Assembly (NCBI GenBank): GCA_024639825.1
Contig: JAHEGH010000002.1
Location: 28,575-92,574, forward strand
DNA length: 64,000 nt
Direction: 5' to 3'
From: Gammaproteobacteria bacterium
GTDB lineage: Bacteria > Pseudomonadota > Gammaproteobacteria > Steroidobacterales > Woeseiaceae
This document shows, one piece after another, positions 35,955-44,977 of the stretch (positions are counted from its first letter, which is position 1; each line of letters begins with the position of its first letter). The notes beneath the pieces were generated by a model. The model worked only from the letters and a program-made list of their open reading frames with translations, did not search any database and was not told the DNA's origin. A program made the position numbers and the translations under genes.

Positions 35955-36014
35955 AAGAACCCCTCCAAATAGACTGCGGCAGTGTATCGGAGCGCCTCCA
36001 TGGGCACAAAGAGT

Positions 36015-36039
36015 AAAGGCCCCCAAGTGGGGGCCTTTT
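36015..36039. terminator. Hairpin terminator between the ECF operon and pntA
   Basis: AAAGGCCCCC-AAGT-GGGGGCCTTT. Confidence 0.7.
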
Positions 36040-36058
36040 AATAAGGACTTTCCGTAAC

Positions 36059-36541
36059 CTAGCGGCCGTCTCGTGGACGTGGCGGGGGCCGTTGGTGCAC
36101 GCGGTCACGCAGGCGCTGCCGCTGCTCGGGTGTCATCCGCCGGTAGCGGTCGCGGAGTTTCTGACGGCGATCCTGGTTCATCTGCCGGTAGCGGTGGTAA
36201 TTGCTGCGGATGCGCTCCTGCTCATCGGGGGAGAGGTTGCGAAATGCCTCCGCGCGTTCTCGAATGGCCTCTCGCCGGCTGTCATCGAGCTCGCGCCACG
36301 CCCGGAAACGACCCTGGGCCTGCTGGCGTTGGTCGTTCGTCATATCGGCCCAGCGCTCGGCGCCACGCGCCAGCAATGCCTGGCGTTCCTCGGGGAGACG
36401 GCTCCAGGTATCCGCGAACTGGCCCAGCACCTCGCGCTGTCCCTCGCTCAGCGATTCCCAGCTGACGCCTTGATTGTCAGCAATAGCCGTGCCGAACATC
36501 AGCAGGCAGGCCATTGCGGCGATCCAATTAGCTTTCATCAT
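36059..36541 (-). CDS. DUF3106-family periplasmic helical protein
   Basis: Signal peptide followed by repeated W..L..E.R/Q units ([28 protein letters not shown]). Confidence 0.8.
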   Translation of the reverse strand: MMKANWIAAMACLLMFGTAIADNQGVSWESLSEGQREVLGQFADTWSRLPEERQALLARGAERWADMTNDQRQQAQGRFRAWRELDDSRREAIRERAEAFRNLSPDEQERIRSNYHRYRQMNQDRRQKLRDRYRRMTPEQRQRLRDRVHQRPPPRPRDGR

Positions 36542-36767
36542 TCATCTCCGTCGATTCTTCGCCTTCCGGCACGGGATCGCTCCGCTCATCCAGGTCCGTC
36601 ATCTGTATTTGTTCGAGCAGCAGCCAGTCCTCATCTGACTCCTGCCACATGCCGAGATACTCCAGGAAATCGGCATCAGGGGCCGGTTCCTCCTCGGCCA
36701 TTGCGGTGGTGCCGAGGCACAACCCGCAAGCGACCATTACGAGTGTCCGCTCAGCCGACATCGTCAC
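36528..36767 (-). CDS. Small acidic secreted/membrane protein in ECF operon
   Basis: Signal-like N-terminus and PDADFLEYLGMW motif; overlaps both neighbours. Confidence 0.6.
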   Translation of the reverse strand: MTMSAERTLVMVACGLCLGTTAMAEEEPAPDADFLEYLGMWQESDEDWLLLEQIQMTDLDERSDPVPEGEESTEMNDES

Positions 36768-37113
36768 CTTCGTCGATCACATCGAGCATGCTGTAAAACT
36801 CAAGCTCCTCGAACATCTCGAGGCTGTCCTCACCAAGCAGGATTTCCATATCAGCAACGGCCGACGGCATAACCTCGACAGGGCCCGGACCCGGCAGGGT
36901 CACCATGACGCCGACCAGCACCGCAGCCGCGACACCGGCGGCCGGAACCCAGCGCAACAGTTCGCCGCGTGGCGACCGCGCCTCTTCCAGTGCGCGATGG
37001 CGGCCCTGGTTCAGGGTCGACAAGGTTGCGGCATCGAGTTCGTCGACCGATGCGTCAAAGAGCGCTTTCGCCTCCCGCGCGATCTGTTCGTCGGACTTTC
37101 TCATCTCATCCAT
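36751..37113 (-). CDS. Putative anti-sigma factor (DUF3619-like)
   Basis: LDAATLSTLNQGRHRAL, single TM, LEMFEELEFY; ATG at 37113 overlaps the sigma factor stop. Confidence 0.7.
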   Translation of the reverse strand: MDEMRKSDEQIAREAKALFDASVDELDAATLSTLNQGRHRALEEARSPRGELLRWVPAAGVAAAVLVGVMVTLPGPGPVEVMPSAVADMEILLGEDSLEMFEELEFYSMLDVIDEGDDVG

Positions 37114-37750
37114 CCTCAGACCCCTCAGGTCCGTGTTCTCCCAAAGTCTCCCTGAGCGAGTGTATCGCACGGGAATAGTGCGTCTTGACGCTGCCCTGCG
37201 AACAGCCCATGGCCATCGCAGTCCCCGCAACATCCAGACCCTCAAACGCGCGCAGCATGAACGCCTCACGCTGGCGCGCCGGCAACGCCTGTACGGCCGC
37301 TTCCAGGCTGACCATCGCTTCGCTGTTTTGTAGCTCTTCGTCCGGTGATCGACCGGTCGGGTCGGGTGCGGCTGCCACGACATCGTATTCGTCATCGCCG
37401 CTCGCGCCACGTCCAAACCACACCATGACGCGGTTACGCACGGCCCGGCGGCGGTGCCAGTCACGAACGCCGTTTTGCAGAATCCGGTAAAACAGTGGCG
37501 CCCACTCGTTACTCGGGCGGTCGCCGTACTTGCGGACCAGCTTGATCATCGCGTCCTGCACGAGATCCAGCGCATCATCCCGATTACGCACGCCAATTTC
37601 GGCGATGCGCAGGGCGCGTCGCTCCACCTCGGCCAGAAACCGGTTGAGTTGCTGTTCTTGTTGCAGTGCTCGCGTCCCTGTCGATTGCTCGCTGACCCAC
37701 GATACCGCATATGTTGCGGTTTCGGTGTTCATATCCCTTGACTCCATCAC
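37106..37750 (-). CDS. ECF RNA polymerase sigma factor
   Basis: DALDLVQDAMIKL, LPARQREAFMLR, TAMAMGCSQGSVKTHYSRA. Confidence 0.92.
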   Translation of the reverse strand: MMESRDMNTETATYAVSWVSEQSTGTRALQQEQQLNRFLAEVERRALRIAEIGVRNRDDALDLVQDAMIKLVRKYGDRPSNEWAPLFYRILQNGVRDWHRRRAVRNRVMVWFGRGASGDDEYDVVAAAPDPTGRSPDEELQNSEAMVSLEAAVQALPARQREAFMLRAFEGLDVAGTAMAMGCSQGSVKTHYSRAIHSLRETLGEHGPEGSEDG

Positions 37751-37777
37751 AAGGTCATCTAAGTTGTCTGTCCTGTT

Positions 37778-37806
37778 CTAACGCCTGAGAAATGGCCTCG
37801 TTGACA
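37778..37806 (-). promoter_or_regulatory. Candidate ECF-type (autoregulatory) promoter
   Basis: Minus strand reads TGTCAAC-N16-CGTTAG, matching the generic ECF -35 AAC / -10 CGT pattern, about 30 bp upstream of the ECF gene. Confidence 0.55.
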
Positions 37807-37826
37807 TCAGGGGCAGAAGAAATCAG

Positions 37827-40067
37827 GTGCATTATGTTAATTCGGTGAGCAATATCTCAAACAGCCAGCAGCCCGTACTCAAGGTCGCGGTCAACGTGCC
37901 GCTGTCCCGCGAGTTCGATTACCTGCCCCCGACGGGTGCACCGGTGCCGGCACCGGGCTGCCGTGTACTCGTGCAGTTCGGGCCACGGCGCCAGGTGGGC
38001 CTCGTGGTCGGGCACGCGGACGGCTCGGACCTGCCGCACGAGAAGATTCGGCGCTGTATCGAGGTACTGGACGACAAGCCCCTGCTTGGCAAGGACGATC
38101 TGGCTCTTGTCCGATTTACGAGCAACTATTATCACCACCCTGTCGGCGAGGTCGTAGCCGCCGCCATGCCCGCGATCCTGCGGCAAGGCAAGGCTCTGCA
38201 CCCGGTTGTCGAAATGACTGCGATTACCGATCTTGGTGCCGCTGCCGACATAGCGGCCCTTACCAAACGGGCTCCCAGGCAGGCAGAGCTCCTCGAAACC
38301 CTGTGCGATGCTGGCGGTGACGGACTCGATGCAGAGCAGCTGACCGAACTGCTGCCAAACTGGCGCCGTGCAGCCAGGTCGTTGTTCACAAAGGGTCTCA
38401 TCGAGCGTTTCGAGACCCGCTGCGCGGAGTTCGACGAGACGCTCGCACCAGCGGCAACGCCCGGGCCCCAACTTAACGACGACCAGTGTAAGGCGCTCGA
38501 AACGCTGCGAAGCGACCTCAGCGTAGGGGCGTATTTGCTGGAGGGCGTCACCGGCAGCGGCAAGACCGAGGTCTACCTGCAGCGCATGCAGGACATGATC
38601 GAGCAGGGCAAACAGGTGCTCGTACTCGTTCCCGAAATCGGGCTGACGCCCCAGCTCGTTTCACGATTGCGAAAGCGGCTCGGTATCGAGCCGGCATTAT
38701 TGCATTCAGGCCTCACGGATATTGAGCGGCTTGCCGCCTGGCGGGCTGCCCGCTCAGGTGCGGCCCGACTCATTGTGGGTACGCGCTCCGCGATATTCAC
38801 ACCGCTGAAGAAACCGGGACTGATCATCGTCGACGAGGAACACGATCACTCATTCAAACAGCAGGAAGGCCTGCGTTACTCGGCGCGTGACCTCGCGATT
38901 GTGCGCGCCAAGCACCTTGGTGTTCCGGTCATCCTGGGCACCGCAACACCCACCCTTGAGATGCTGCACCATTGTCGCAGCGGCGCTTACAAGCTCATTC
39001 GTTTGCCGCGGCGAGCTGGCGGCGCAAAACCACCGACCCTGCGCCTTATCGATACGACGCGCGCGCCAGCCAGCGACGGACTCAGCGAGCCGCTGATCGA
39101 CGCAATCCGCAGCCACCTGCAGGCGGATGGCCAGGTATTGATATTCCTCAACCGGCGCGGCTTCGCCCCGACCCTGATTTGCTCAAGCTGCGGTCATGTC
39201 GCCGGGTGCGATCGCTGTGACTCGCGCCTGACCGTGCACGCGCGCCAGGGACAGCTGCGGTGCCACCACTGTGGTTTGACGCGCCCACTCACGCCTGCCT
39301 GCAGCGAATGCGGAGAAACGGTCAAGCCCCTGGGAGAGGGGACCGAGCGGCTCGAGGAGGCACTACGCAGCCACTTTCCCGACCGCACCATCATGCGGAT
39401 CGACAGCGACAGCACGCAAAAAAAGGGGGCCATGCTCGATGCCCTCGATCAGGCGAAAGAGGGACAGGCGGAGATTATTGTCGGCACACAAATGCTGTCC
39501 AAGGGGCACCACTTTCCGAAGTTGTCGCTGGTTGGCATCGTCAATGCGGACCAGGGCCTTTTCGGCGCCGACTTCCGCAGCAGTGAACGTATGGCACAGT
39601 CGATCGTGCAGGTCGCTGGCCGGGCCGGGAGGGAGCTCCGGGCTGGAGAGGTTCTGATCCAGACCGCGTTTCCGGAACACGCTTTCTGGTCGACGCTGAT
39701 CAACGGCGGTTATGAGCGCGTCGCTGAGGAAGCGCTTGCTGAACGCGAGGCCACACACTGGCCGCCCTATACGCGCCTTGCCCTGATTCGTGCGGCTGCC
39801 CACCGGCGGGACGACGCGATCCGCTTTCTTGAGATCGCGCAACGCTCATTGCAGCAACATTGCGGCGACCAGCTGCGTGTTCTCGGCCCCGTCGATGCGC
39901 CCATGGCACGCAGGGCCGGACGACATCGCGCACAGCTGTTGCTGCAATCTACCGATCGCCGAACCTTGCACGTCTTGCTGCGCGAGCTCCGATTACTCCT
40001 CGAACAGGAGCCAGCTGCTCGCAAGGTTCGCTGGTCAATCGACGTGGACCCGATCGAATTGTTCTGA
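37827..40067 (+). CDS. priA: Primosomal protein N'
   Basis: GVTGSGKTEVY, VDEEHD.SFKQ, Zn-binding CxxC clusters, W.IDVDP; start may be 37845. Confidence 0.97.
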   Translation: MHYVNSVSNISNSQQPVLKVAVNVPLSREFDYLPPTGAPVPAPGCRVLVQFGPRRQVGLVVGHADGSDLPHEKIRRCIEVLDDKPLLGKDDLALVRFTSNYYHHPVGEVVAAAMPAILRQGKALHPVVEMTAITDLGAAADIAALTKRAPRQAELLETLCDAGGDGLDAEQLTELLPNWRRAARSLFTKGLIERFETRCAEFDETLAPAATPGPQLNDDQCKALETLRSDLSVGAYLLEGVTGSGKTEVYLQRMQDMIEQGKQVLVLVPEIGLTPQLVSRLRKRLGIEPALLHSGLTDIERLAAWRAARSGAARLIVGTRSAIFTPLKKPGLIIVDEEHDHSFKQQEGLRYSARDLAIVRAKHLGVPVILGTATPTLEMLHHCRSGAYKLIRLPRRAGGAKPPTLRLIDTTRAPASDGLSEPLIDAIRSHLQADGQVLIFLNRRGFAPTLICSSCGHVAGCDRCDSRLTVHARQGQLRCHHCGLTRPLTPACSECGETVKPLGEGTERLEEALRSHFPDRTIMRIDSDSTQKKGAMLDALDQAKEGQAEIIVGTQMLSKGHHFPKLSLVGIVNADQGLFGADFRSSERMAQSIVQVAGRAGRELRAGEVLIQTAFPEHAFWSTLINGGYERVAEEALAEREATHWPPYTRLALIRAAAHRRDDAIRFLEIAQRSLQQHCGDQLRVLGPVDAPMARRAGRHRAQLLLQSTDRRTLHVLLRELRLLLEQEPAARKVRWSIDVDPIELF

Positions 40068-40080
40068 TTCAATGCGCGCC

Positions 40081-41829
40081 ATGAAACATATCGTCGCCGA
40101 ACTTGTACAAACCGCCCTGTCTGGCCTGCCGGAGCTCTCTGAGGCCGCTGCCGATCTTGCGATCGAAGGCACCGTGGAGCGCACGCGTGACGCCAGTCAC
40201 GGAGACTTCGCCAGCAACGTCGCGATGCGCCTGGCAAAGCCTGCCCGCAAGAGCCCGCGCGACGTTGCTGCCGCTATTGTGGAGGCGCTGGGCGATAGCC
40301 CGGCCGTGGACAAGATCGAGATCGCTGGCCCGGGGTTCATCAACTTCTACCTGAGCCCCGCCGCCTTTCATGCCGAACTCGAGGCCATTCTGACTGCCGG
40401 TGAGCACTACGGTCGGCAGGCGCCAAAAGAACACCCGAGGATACTCCTCGAATTTGTATCGGCTAATCCAACCGGACCGCTGCATGTCGGGCATGGACGC
40501 GGTGCGTCCTACGGCGCCACGGTAGGCAATCTTCTCGAGGCCGTCGGCTACCCCGTGCACCGGGAATACTACGTCAACGATGCTGGCCGCCAGATGGATA
40601 TTCTCGGCGCCAGCGTCTGGCTGCGCTGGCTTGAAGCGAACGGAGTCGACGTCGATTTTCCACGGGGCGGTTACCGCGGCGAGTACATTCGCGAAATTGC
40701 GGCGGCCATCGATACGAGCGGCATCGAGCCGGTTTCGGCCGACGCTGTGTCAGAGGGGCTACCGGAAAACACCGACGAGAATGCCGACGCCTACGTCGAC
40801 GCCCTCGTTGCACGCTGCAAGGAACTGCATGGCGAAGACGGCTTCGACAGGATGCGCCAGCAGGCTCTCGAATCGATTCGCGATGAAATTCGTGACGACC
40901 TCGAGGAGTTCGGCGTGCATTTCGACGAGTGGTTCTCCGAGCAAAGCCTGACAAAGGCCAATCGTGTCGACGATGCACTCGCTGTACTCGAAGAGCGCGG
41001 CATGCTGTACAAGAAAGATGGCGCTACCTGGTTTCCGGCCACGCAGTTCGGTGATGAAAAAGATCGCGTCGTCGTACGTGACAACGGCGTCAAAACCTAC
41101 TTTGCCTCGGACATCGCCTACCACTTTGACAAACGCGAGCGTGGCTACGATCACTTGATCGACATACTTGGCGCAGACCACCACGGCTATGTCACTCGTG
41201 TGCGCGCGGGGCTCGAGGCGATGGGTTACGAGGCGGACGACCTTGAGGTCAAACTTGTGCAGTTCGTGACACTCTATCGCGGCGGGGAGCGGATGCAGAT
41301 GTCCACGCGTTCGGGCCAGTTCGACACACTGCGCCAGCTGCGCAACGAGGTCGGCAACGACGCGGCGCGCTTCTACTACGTGATGCGTTCAAACGACCAG
41401 CACCTGGATTTCGACCTCGACATTGCGACCTCGCAGTCAAACGACAATCCGGTGTACTACATTCAGTATGCACATGCGCGCGTTGCGAGCGTCTTTCGCC
41501 AGCTCGACGAAAAGTCGCTGCAGTGGAACGAGGCGAACGGTCGCGACCGATTGAGCCTGCTTATAGAGCCGCAGGAAAAAGCGCTCATGACGACATTGAG
41601 CCGCTATCCCGAGGTCGTTGAACTCGCTGCGAACAATCGAGCGCCACAACATCTGGTGCATTACCTGCGCGATCTTGCGAACGATTTTCACACCTATTAC
41701 AACGCGCACGCATTTATCGTTGACGATGTGGCGTTGCGCGACGCTCGCCTCTACCTGATCTGTGCAACTCGCAATGTCGTTGCCAATGGCCTTCGCATCC
41801 TTGGCGTCTCGGCGCCTGAGAAAATGTAA
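40081..41829 (+). CDS. argS: Arginine--tRNA ligase
   Basis: EFVSANPTGPLHVGHGR, LGADHHGY, MSTRSG, YIQYAHAR, LGVSAPEKM. Confidence 0.97.
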   Translation: MKHIVAELVQTALSGLPELSEAAADLAIEGTVERTRDASHGDFASNVAMRLAKPARKSPRDVAAAIVEALGDSPAVDKIEIAGPGFINFYLSPAAFHAELEAILTAGEHYGRQAPKEHPRILLEFVSANPTGPLHVGHGRGASYGATVGNLLEAVGYPVHREYYVNDAGRQMDILGASVWLRWLEANGVDVDFPRGGYRGEYIREIAAAIDTSGIEPVSADAVSEGLPENTDENADAYVDALVARCKELHGEDGFDRMRQQALESIRDEIRDDLEEFGVHFDEWFSEQSLTKANRVDDALAVLEERGMLYKKDGATWFPATQFGDEKDRVVVRDNGVKTYFASDIAYHFDKRERGYDHLIDILGADHHGYVTRVRAGLEAMGYEADDLEVKLVQFVTLYRGGERMQMSTRSGQFDTLRQLRNEVGNDAARFYYVMRSNDQHLDFDLDIATSQSNDNPVYYIQYAHARVASVFRQLDEKSLQWNEANGRDRLSLLIEPQEKALMTTLSRYPEVVELAANNRAPQHLVHYLRDLANDFHTYYNAHAFIVDDVALRDARLYLICATRNVVANGLRILGVSAPEKM

Positions 41830-42440
41830 TGGCGCAGAGGAAAAAGAAGCGCCGTTCGACGCGCACGCCCGCCAAGTCGGGAACATCGCCCGTCGTTTCC
41901 ATGTTGTTCGGTCTCGCTGTCGGCCTGTCGGTTGCCGTCGCCGTGTACGTCAAGGACCGTCGCCCGGAACCTTTGGGAAGGCCTTCCGGCCCGGCTCCCG
42001 CAATGGCCGAAACCGCCCCCACACCTGCGAGCATGCGAGACGTGCTCGATGATAACGGTGAGTCCAAGGGAGGCTCCTCAGGCCCGAGCGAAGAAAAAGA
42101 AAAGCGCTTCACCTTCTACGACATCCTGCCAAATGTCGAAATCGTTACGCCTGAGGAAGCGCCCGAGACCCAAACAGATGCGGCACCACAGGCTGTAATC
42201 GAACCTGGCCTCTACGTTCTGCAGGCCGGCTCATTCTCGACTAACGCCGATGCCGATCGCCGCCGCGCTGAACTTGCGTTGCACGGTATCGAATCAATCA
42301 CCCAGCGCGTCAAGGTCAATGACCGTAATTACCACCGCGTGTACATTGGTCCGACCGACGATCTTGATGAACTGAATATGCTGCGCAGCCGTCTGCGTGC
42401 AGCCAAGATAGACGTTCTCCGAATTCGACTCAGTGATTAG
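41829..42440 (+). CDS. SPOR-domain cell division protein (FtsN-like)
   Basis: Basic N-terminus, TM, FTFYDILP motif, SPOR LQAGSF...HRVYIGP; located after argS. Confidence 0.85.
   Translation: MAQRKKKRRSTRTPAKSGTSPVVSMLFGLAVGLSVAVAVYVKDRRPEPLGRPSGPAPAMAETAPTPASMRDVLDDNGESKGGSSGPSEEKEKRFTFYDILPNVEIVTPEEAPETQTDAAPQAVIEPGLYVLQAGSFSTNADADRRRAELALHGIESITQRVKVNDRNYHRVYIGPTDDLDELNMLRSRLRAAKIDVLRIRLSD
41964..41994 (+). repeat. Degenerate REP-like copy in the SPOR linker
   Basis: CCGGAACCTTTGGGAAGGCCTTCCGGCCCGG, 27/31 identical to 42553-42583. Confidence 0.65.
42068..42087 (+). repeat. Second degenerate REP-like relic in the SPOR linker
   Basis: GGGAGGCTCCTCAGGCCCGA, 17/20 identical to GGGAGGGCCTTCAGGCCCGA. 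Confidence 0.45.
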
Positions 42441-43623
42441 CGCCCGCACAACGCTCTTTCTTCTCGCGCTGTCGTTGCTGGCAGCCTGCGCTACACCGCC
42501 GGAACCTGTGGCAGGGCCTGACCCTGTGGCAGGGCCGGAACCTGTGGGAGGGCCGGAACCTGTGGGAGGGCCTTCAGGCCCGAAGGGCGTCGCGGCTGAA
42601 GCCGCTCCCACGCTGATTACTATCGCCTCGGTTGGCGACATGATGATCGGCACCGAGTTCCCGCAGAACCACCTGCCCGACGACGATGCGGTTAGTTTCC
42701 TCGCCCACGTTACACCGATACTTTCCGCTGCTGACATTGCCTTTGGCAATCTCGAGGGCGTGTTGATGGATGGTGGCGAACCCGCCAAGAAGTGCAGCAA
42801 TCCAAGCGCGTGTTACCTGTTCCGTTCCCCAACCCGCTATGCACAGCGTTACCGCGACGCGGGTTTCGATGTCCTCAGCCTTGCGAACAATCACGCACGG
42901 GATTTTGGCGAAGAGGGACGCACCAGCAGTATGGAGGCGATTGCGGCGGCCGGCATGCACCACTCCGGCCGGGTGGATGACTTTGCGAGCCTGGAACAGG
43001 ATGGCCTGAAGATCGCCGTGCTCGCTTACGCAGTTACCAAGAATTCGAACATGCTGCTCGACTATGAGCTCGCGTTCACAACCGTGGCGGAATTTGCCGC
43101 GACGCATGACATCGTCATCGTATCGTTTCATGGCGGCGCGGAAGGCGCGGACGTCACCCACGTGCCATTCGCTGAAGAGGAGTACTACGGTGAACCCCGC
43201 GGAGATATCGTCTGGTTTGCCCGTGGTGTTGTCGATGCGGGGGCAGATCTTGTCATCGGTCATGGCCCACACGTCGTGCGCGGCATGGAGCGTTACAAGG
43301 ACAGGCTGATTGCCTACAGCCTGGGTAACTTCGCCACCTACTACGGCATCAGCGTCGCGGGAATCAAAGGCATCGCGCCCATTTTGACCACGACGCTGGA
43401 CGGTGAGGGGAAATTCATCGAGGGAAACATTGTCTCAACTATCCAGCTGCGGCCCGACGGCCCCAGCATTGACCCGAAGAATCGAGCATTGAACCTGATT
43501 CGCGGATTATCTGTTGAGGACTTCGGCGAACCGGGCCTGGCCTTTTTGCCGGATGGCAGCGTGCTCCCGGTCGATCGACCCGACGTACCGAACCATGAGT
43601 TAGCGCCTAGTCGTCCGAACTAA
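42433..43623 (+). CDS. CapA-family (metallophosphatase fold) lipoprotein
   Basis: Lipobox LAAC, VGDMM, GNLEG, SLANNH, SFHGG, GHGPHV, YSLGNF. Confidence 0.88.
   Translation: MISARTTLFLLALSLLAACATPPEPVAGPDPVAGPEPVGGPEPVGGPSGPKGVAAEAAPTLITIASVGDMMIGTEFPQNHLPDDDAVSFLAHVTPILSAADIAFGNLEGVLMDGGEPAKKCSNPSACYLFRSPTRYAQRYRDAGFDVLSLANNHARDFGEEGRTSSMEAIAAAGMHHSGRVDDFASLEQDGLKIAVLAYAVTKNSNMLLDYELAFTTVAEFAATHDIVIVSFHGGAEGADVTHVPFAEEEYYGEPRGDIVWFARGVVDAGADLVIGHGPHVVRGMERYKDRLIAYSLGNFATYYGISVAGIKGIAPILTTTLDGEGKFIEGNIVSTIQLRPDGPSIDPKNRALNLIRGLSVEDFGEPGLAFLPDGSVLPVDRPDVPNHELAPSRPN
42499..42570 (+). repeat. 4 x 18-bp tandem repeat encoding P(E/D)PV(A/G)G
   Basis: CCGGAACCTGTGGCAGGG / CCTGACCCTGTGGCAGGG / CCGGAACCTGTGGGAGGG x2. 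Confidence 0.92.
42562..42611. repeat. Inverted REP doublet (REPIN-like) in frame within the CapA-family gene
   Basis: GTGGGAGGGCCTTCAGGCCCGA (42562-42583), 6-nt spacer, then the reverse complement of GTGGGAGCGGCTTCAGCCGCGA (42590-42611). Confidence 0.85.
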
Positions 43624-44977
43624 CCGACTTGAAGTCGACGCCCAGCGACCGGAGCTTCCGGTACAGGTGCGTTCTCTCCATACCAACACGTTTCGCCAAA
43701 TGCCCCACCTTGCCACCGCATAGCACCAGCTGTTGCTGCAGGTAGGCCCTTTCGAACTGCTCGCGAGCTTCACGCAATGGCAGAGCCAGCAGGTCCTGCT
43801 TGACGAGCGGTTCGTCGAGCAGCGGCGCGCTAGCGGAAATTTCCGCTTCCACTTCTTCGAGCGCAATGTCATCACTGCTGCCCGACAAGAGCAGGCGACG
43901 CACGAGGTTCTTCAGTTCGCGAACGTTATCCGGCCACGGGTAGTTGCGCAGCCTGTTCTGGGCAGCAACGCTGAAGCGCCGGAAGGTCAGGCCTTCCGAA
44001 TCGACCAGCTTGTCAACGTAATACGTCAGTAACTCCGGAACGTCTTCGGCGTAGTCCCGCAATGGCGGAATACGCAAAAACAAATCGCTAAGATGCGAAA
44101 TGAGATCACGGCGTAACTCGCCGGCTACAATGCGCGCCTCGTACTCGGGTCCGACGGTCGCTACGACACGAGCATCGACCCTCATGGGCGACGTGCCCCC
44201 GATACGGGTGAACCTGCCGCTCTCCAGAATCCCGAACAGCACCCTCTGCGCGACGAGCCCGAGGTCCGAGAGTTCGTCGATAACGAGTGTGCCGCCCGAT
44301 GCTCTTTCAAAGGCGCCTGCGGTCACTTCGCCGTCGCGCTCGCTGCCGAGGAGCTGCTCTTCGCAATTTGCGTCCGTTATCGACGCAGCGGTCAACGTCG
44401 TCAGCGGTTCGTCGGCACGACGACTGAGTCCATGCATATAGCGGGCGAACGCGCCACGACCCGTGCCGGGTTCGCCACTCATCAGAACCGAACCCTCATG
44501 ACGTGCGTATTGTTGAACGCGCTCTCGCAGGCCCTGCATGAGCGCGCTGCGCCCAACCGGAGCAAGCAATGACGGCAACAGACTGCGCGCCGCTCTCGAT
44601 TGCTTGCCCGCCGATTCGAGGGCGGCCTCCACCGTGCGCAATAGCTTGGCGAGGGACAGCGGTTTCTCGACGAAATCGAAGGCGCCGAGACGGGTTGCTT
44701 CGACAGCGGTATCAACGGTGCCGTGGCCCGACATGATGACCACCGGGCAATTAAGCTCGCCATCGTCGGACCACTCTCTGAGTAACGTGATGCCATCAGT
44801 GTCCGGCATCCAGATGTCGAGGAGAATCAAGTCGAACTTGTGGTCCGCTCGTGCACTACGCGCTTCCGCCGCATTAGCGGCAACCGTAACGCCGTAACTC
44901 TCGTCCGCAAGAATATCCTTGATCAACGTGCGGATATCCGCTTCGTCATCGACCACCAGTACATGAGGATTACTCAT
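43607..44977 (-). CDS. ntrX: NtrX-like response regulator (REC-AAA+-HTH)
   Basis: [34 protein letters not shown]; follows ntrY. Confidence 0.85.
   Translation of the reverse strand: MSNPHVLVVDDEADIRTLIKDILADESYGVTVAANAAEARSARADHKFDLILLDIWMPDTDGITLLREWSDDGELNCPVVIMSGHGTVDTAVEATRLGAFDFVEKPLSLAKLLRTVEAALESAGKQSRAARSLLPSLLAPVGRSALMQGLRERVQQYARHEGSVLMSGEPGTGRGAFARYMHGLSRRADEPLTTLTAASITDANCEEQLLGSERDGEVTAGAFERASGGTLVIDELSDLGLVAQRVLFGILESGRFTRIGGTSPMRVDARVVATVGPEYEARIVAGELRRDLISHLSDLFLRIPPLRDYAEDVPELLTYYVDKLVDSEGLTFRRFSVAAQNRLRNYPWPDNVRELKNLVRRLLLSGSSDDIALEEVEAEISASAPLLDEPLVKQDLLALPLREAREQFERAYLQQQLVLCGGKVGHLAKRVGMERTHLYRKLRSLGVDFKSVSSDD

Noticed and set aside
33080..35972. Long + strand ORFs (447 aa, 458 aa) opposite pntB/pntA, and similar ORFs opposite gltB, gcdH and topA
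   Set aside because: They are antisense shadows of conserved genes, expected from GC-rich codon bias, and carry no recognisable motifs.
37801..37840. TTGACA as a sigma70 -35 for priA
   Set aside because: There is no -10 element at 16-18 bp spacing; it is better explained as the reverse complement of the ECF -35.
39790..40080. Apparent N-terminal extension of ArgS (likewise the ORF-track extensions of HemF, the MATE to 8651 and the anti-sigma to 37464)
   Set aside because: The extensions overlap neighbouring genes in other frames; family similarity starts at downstream start codons.
42499..42570. 18-bp repeats as a possible CRISPR array
   Set aside because: The units are directly adjacent with no spacers, lie in frame in a CDS, and no cas genes are present.
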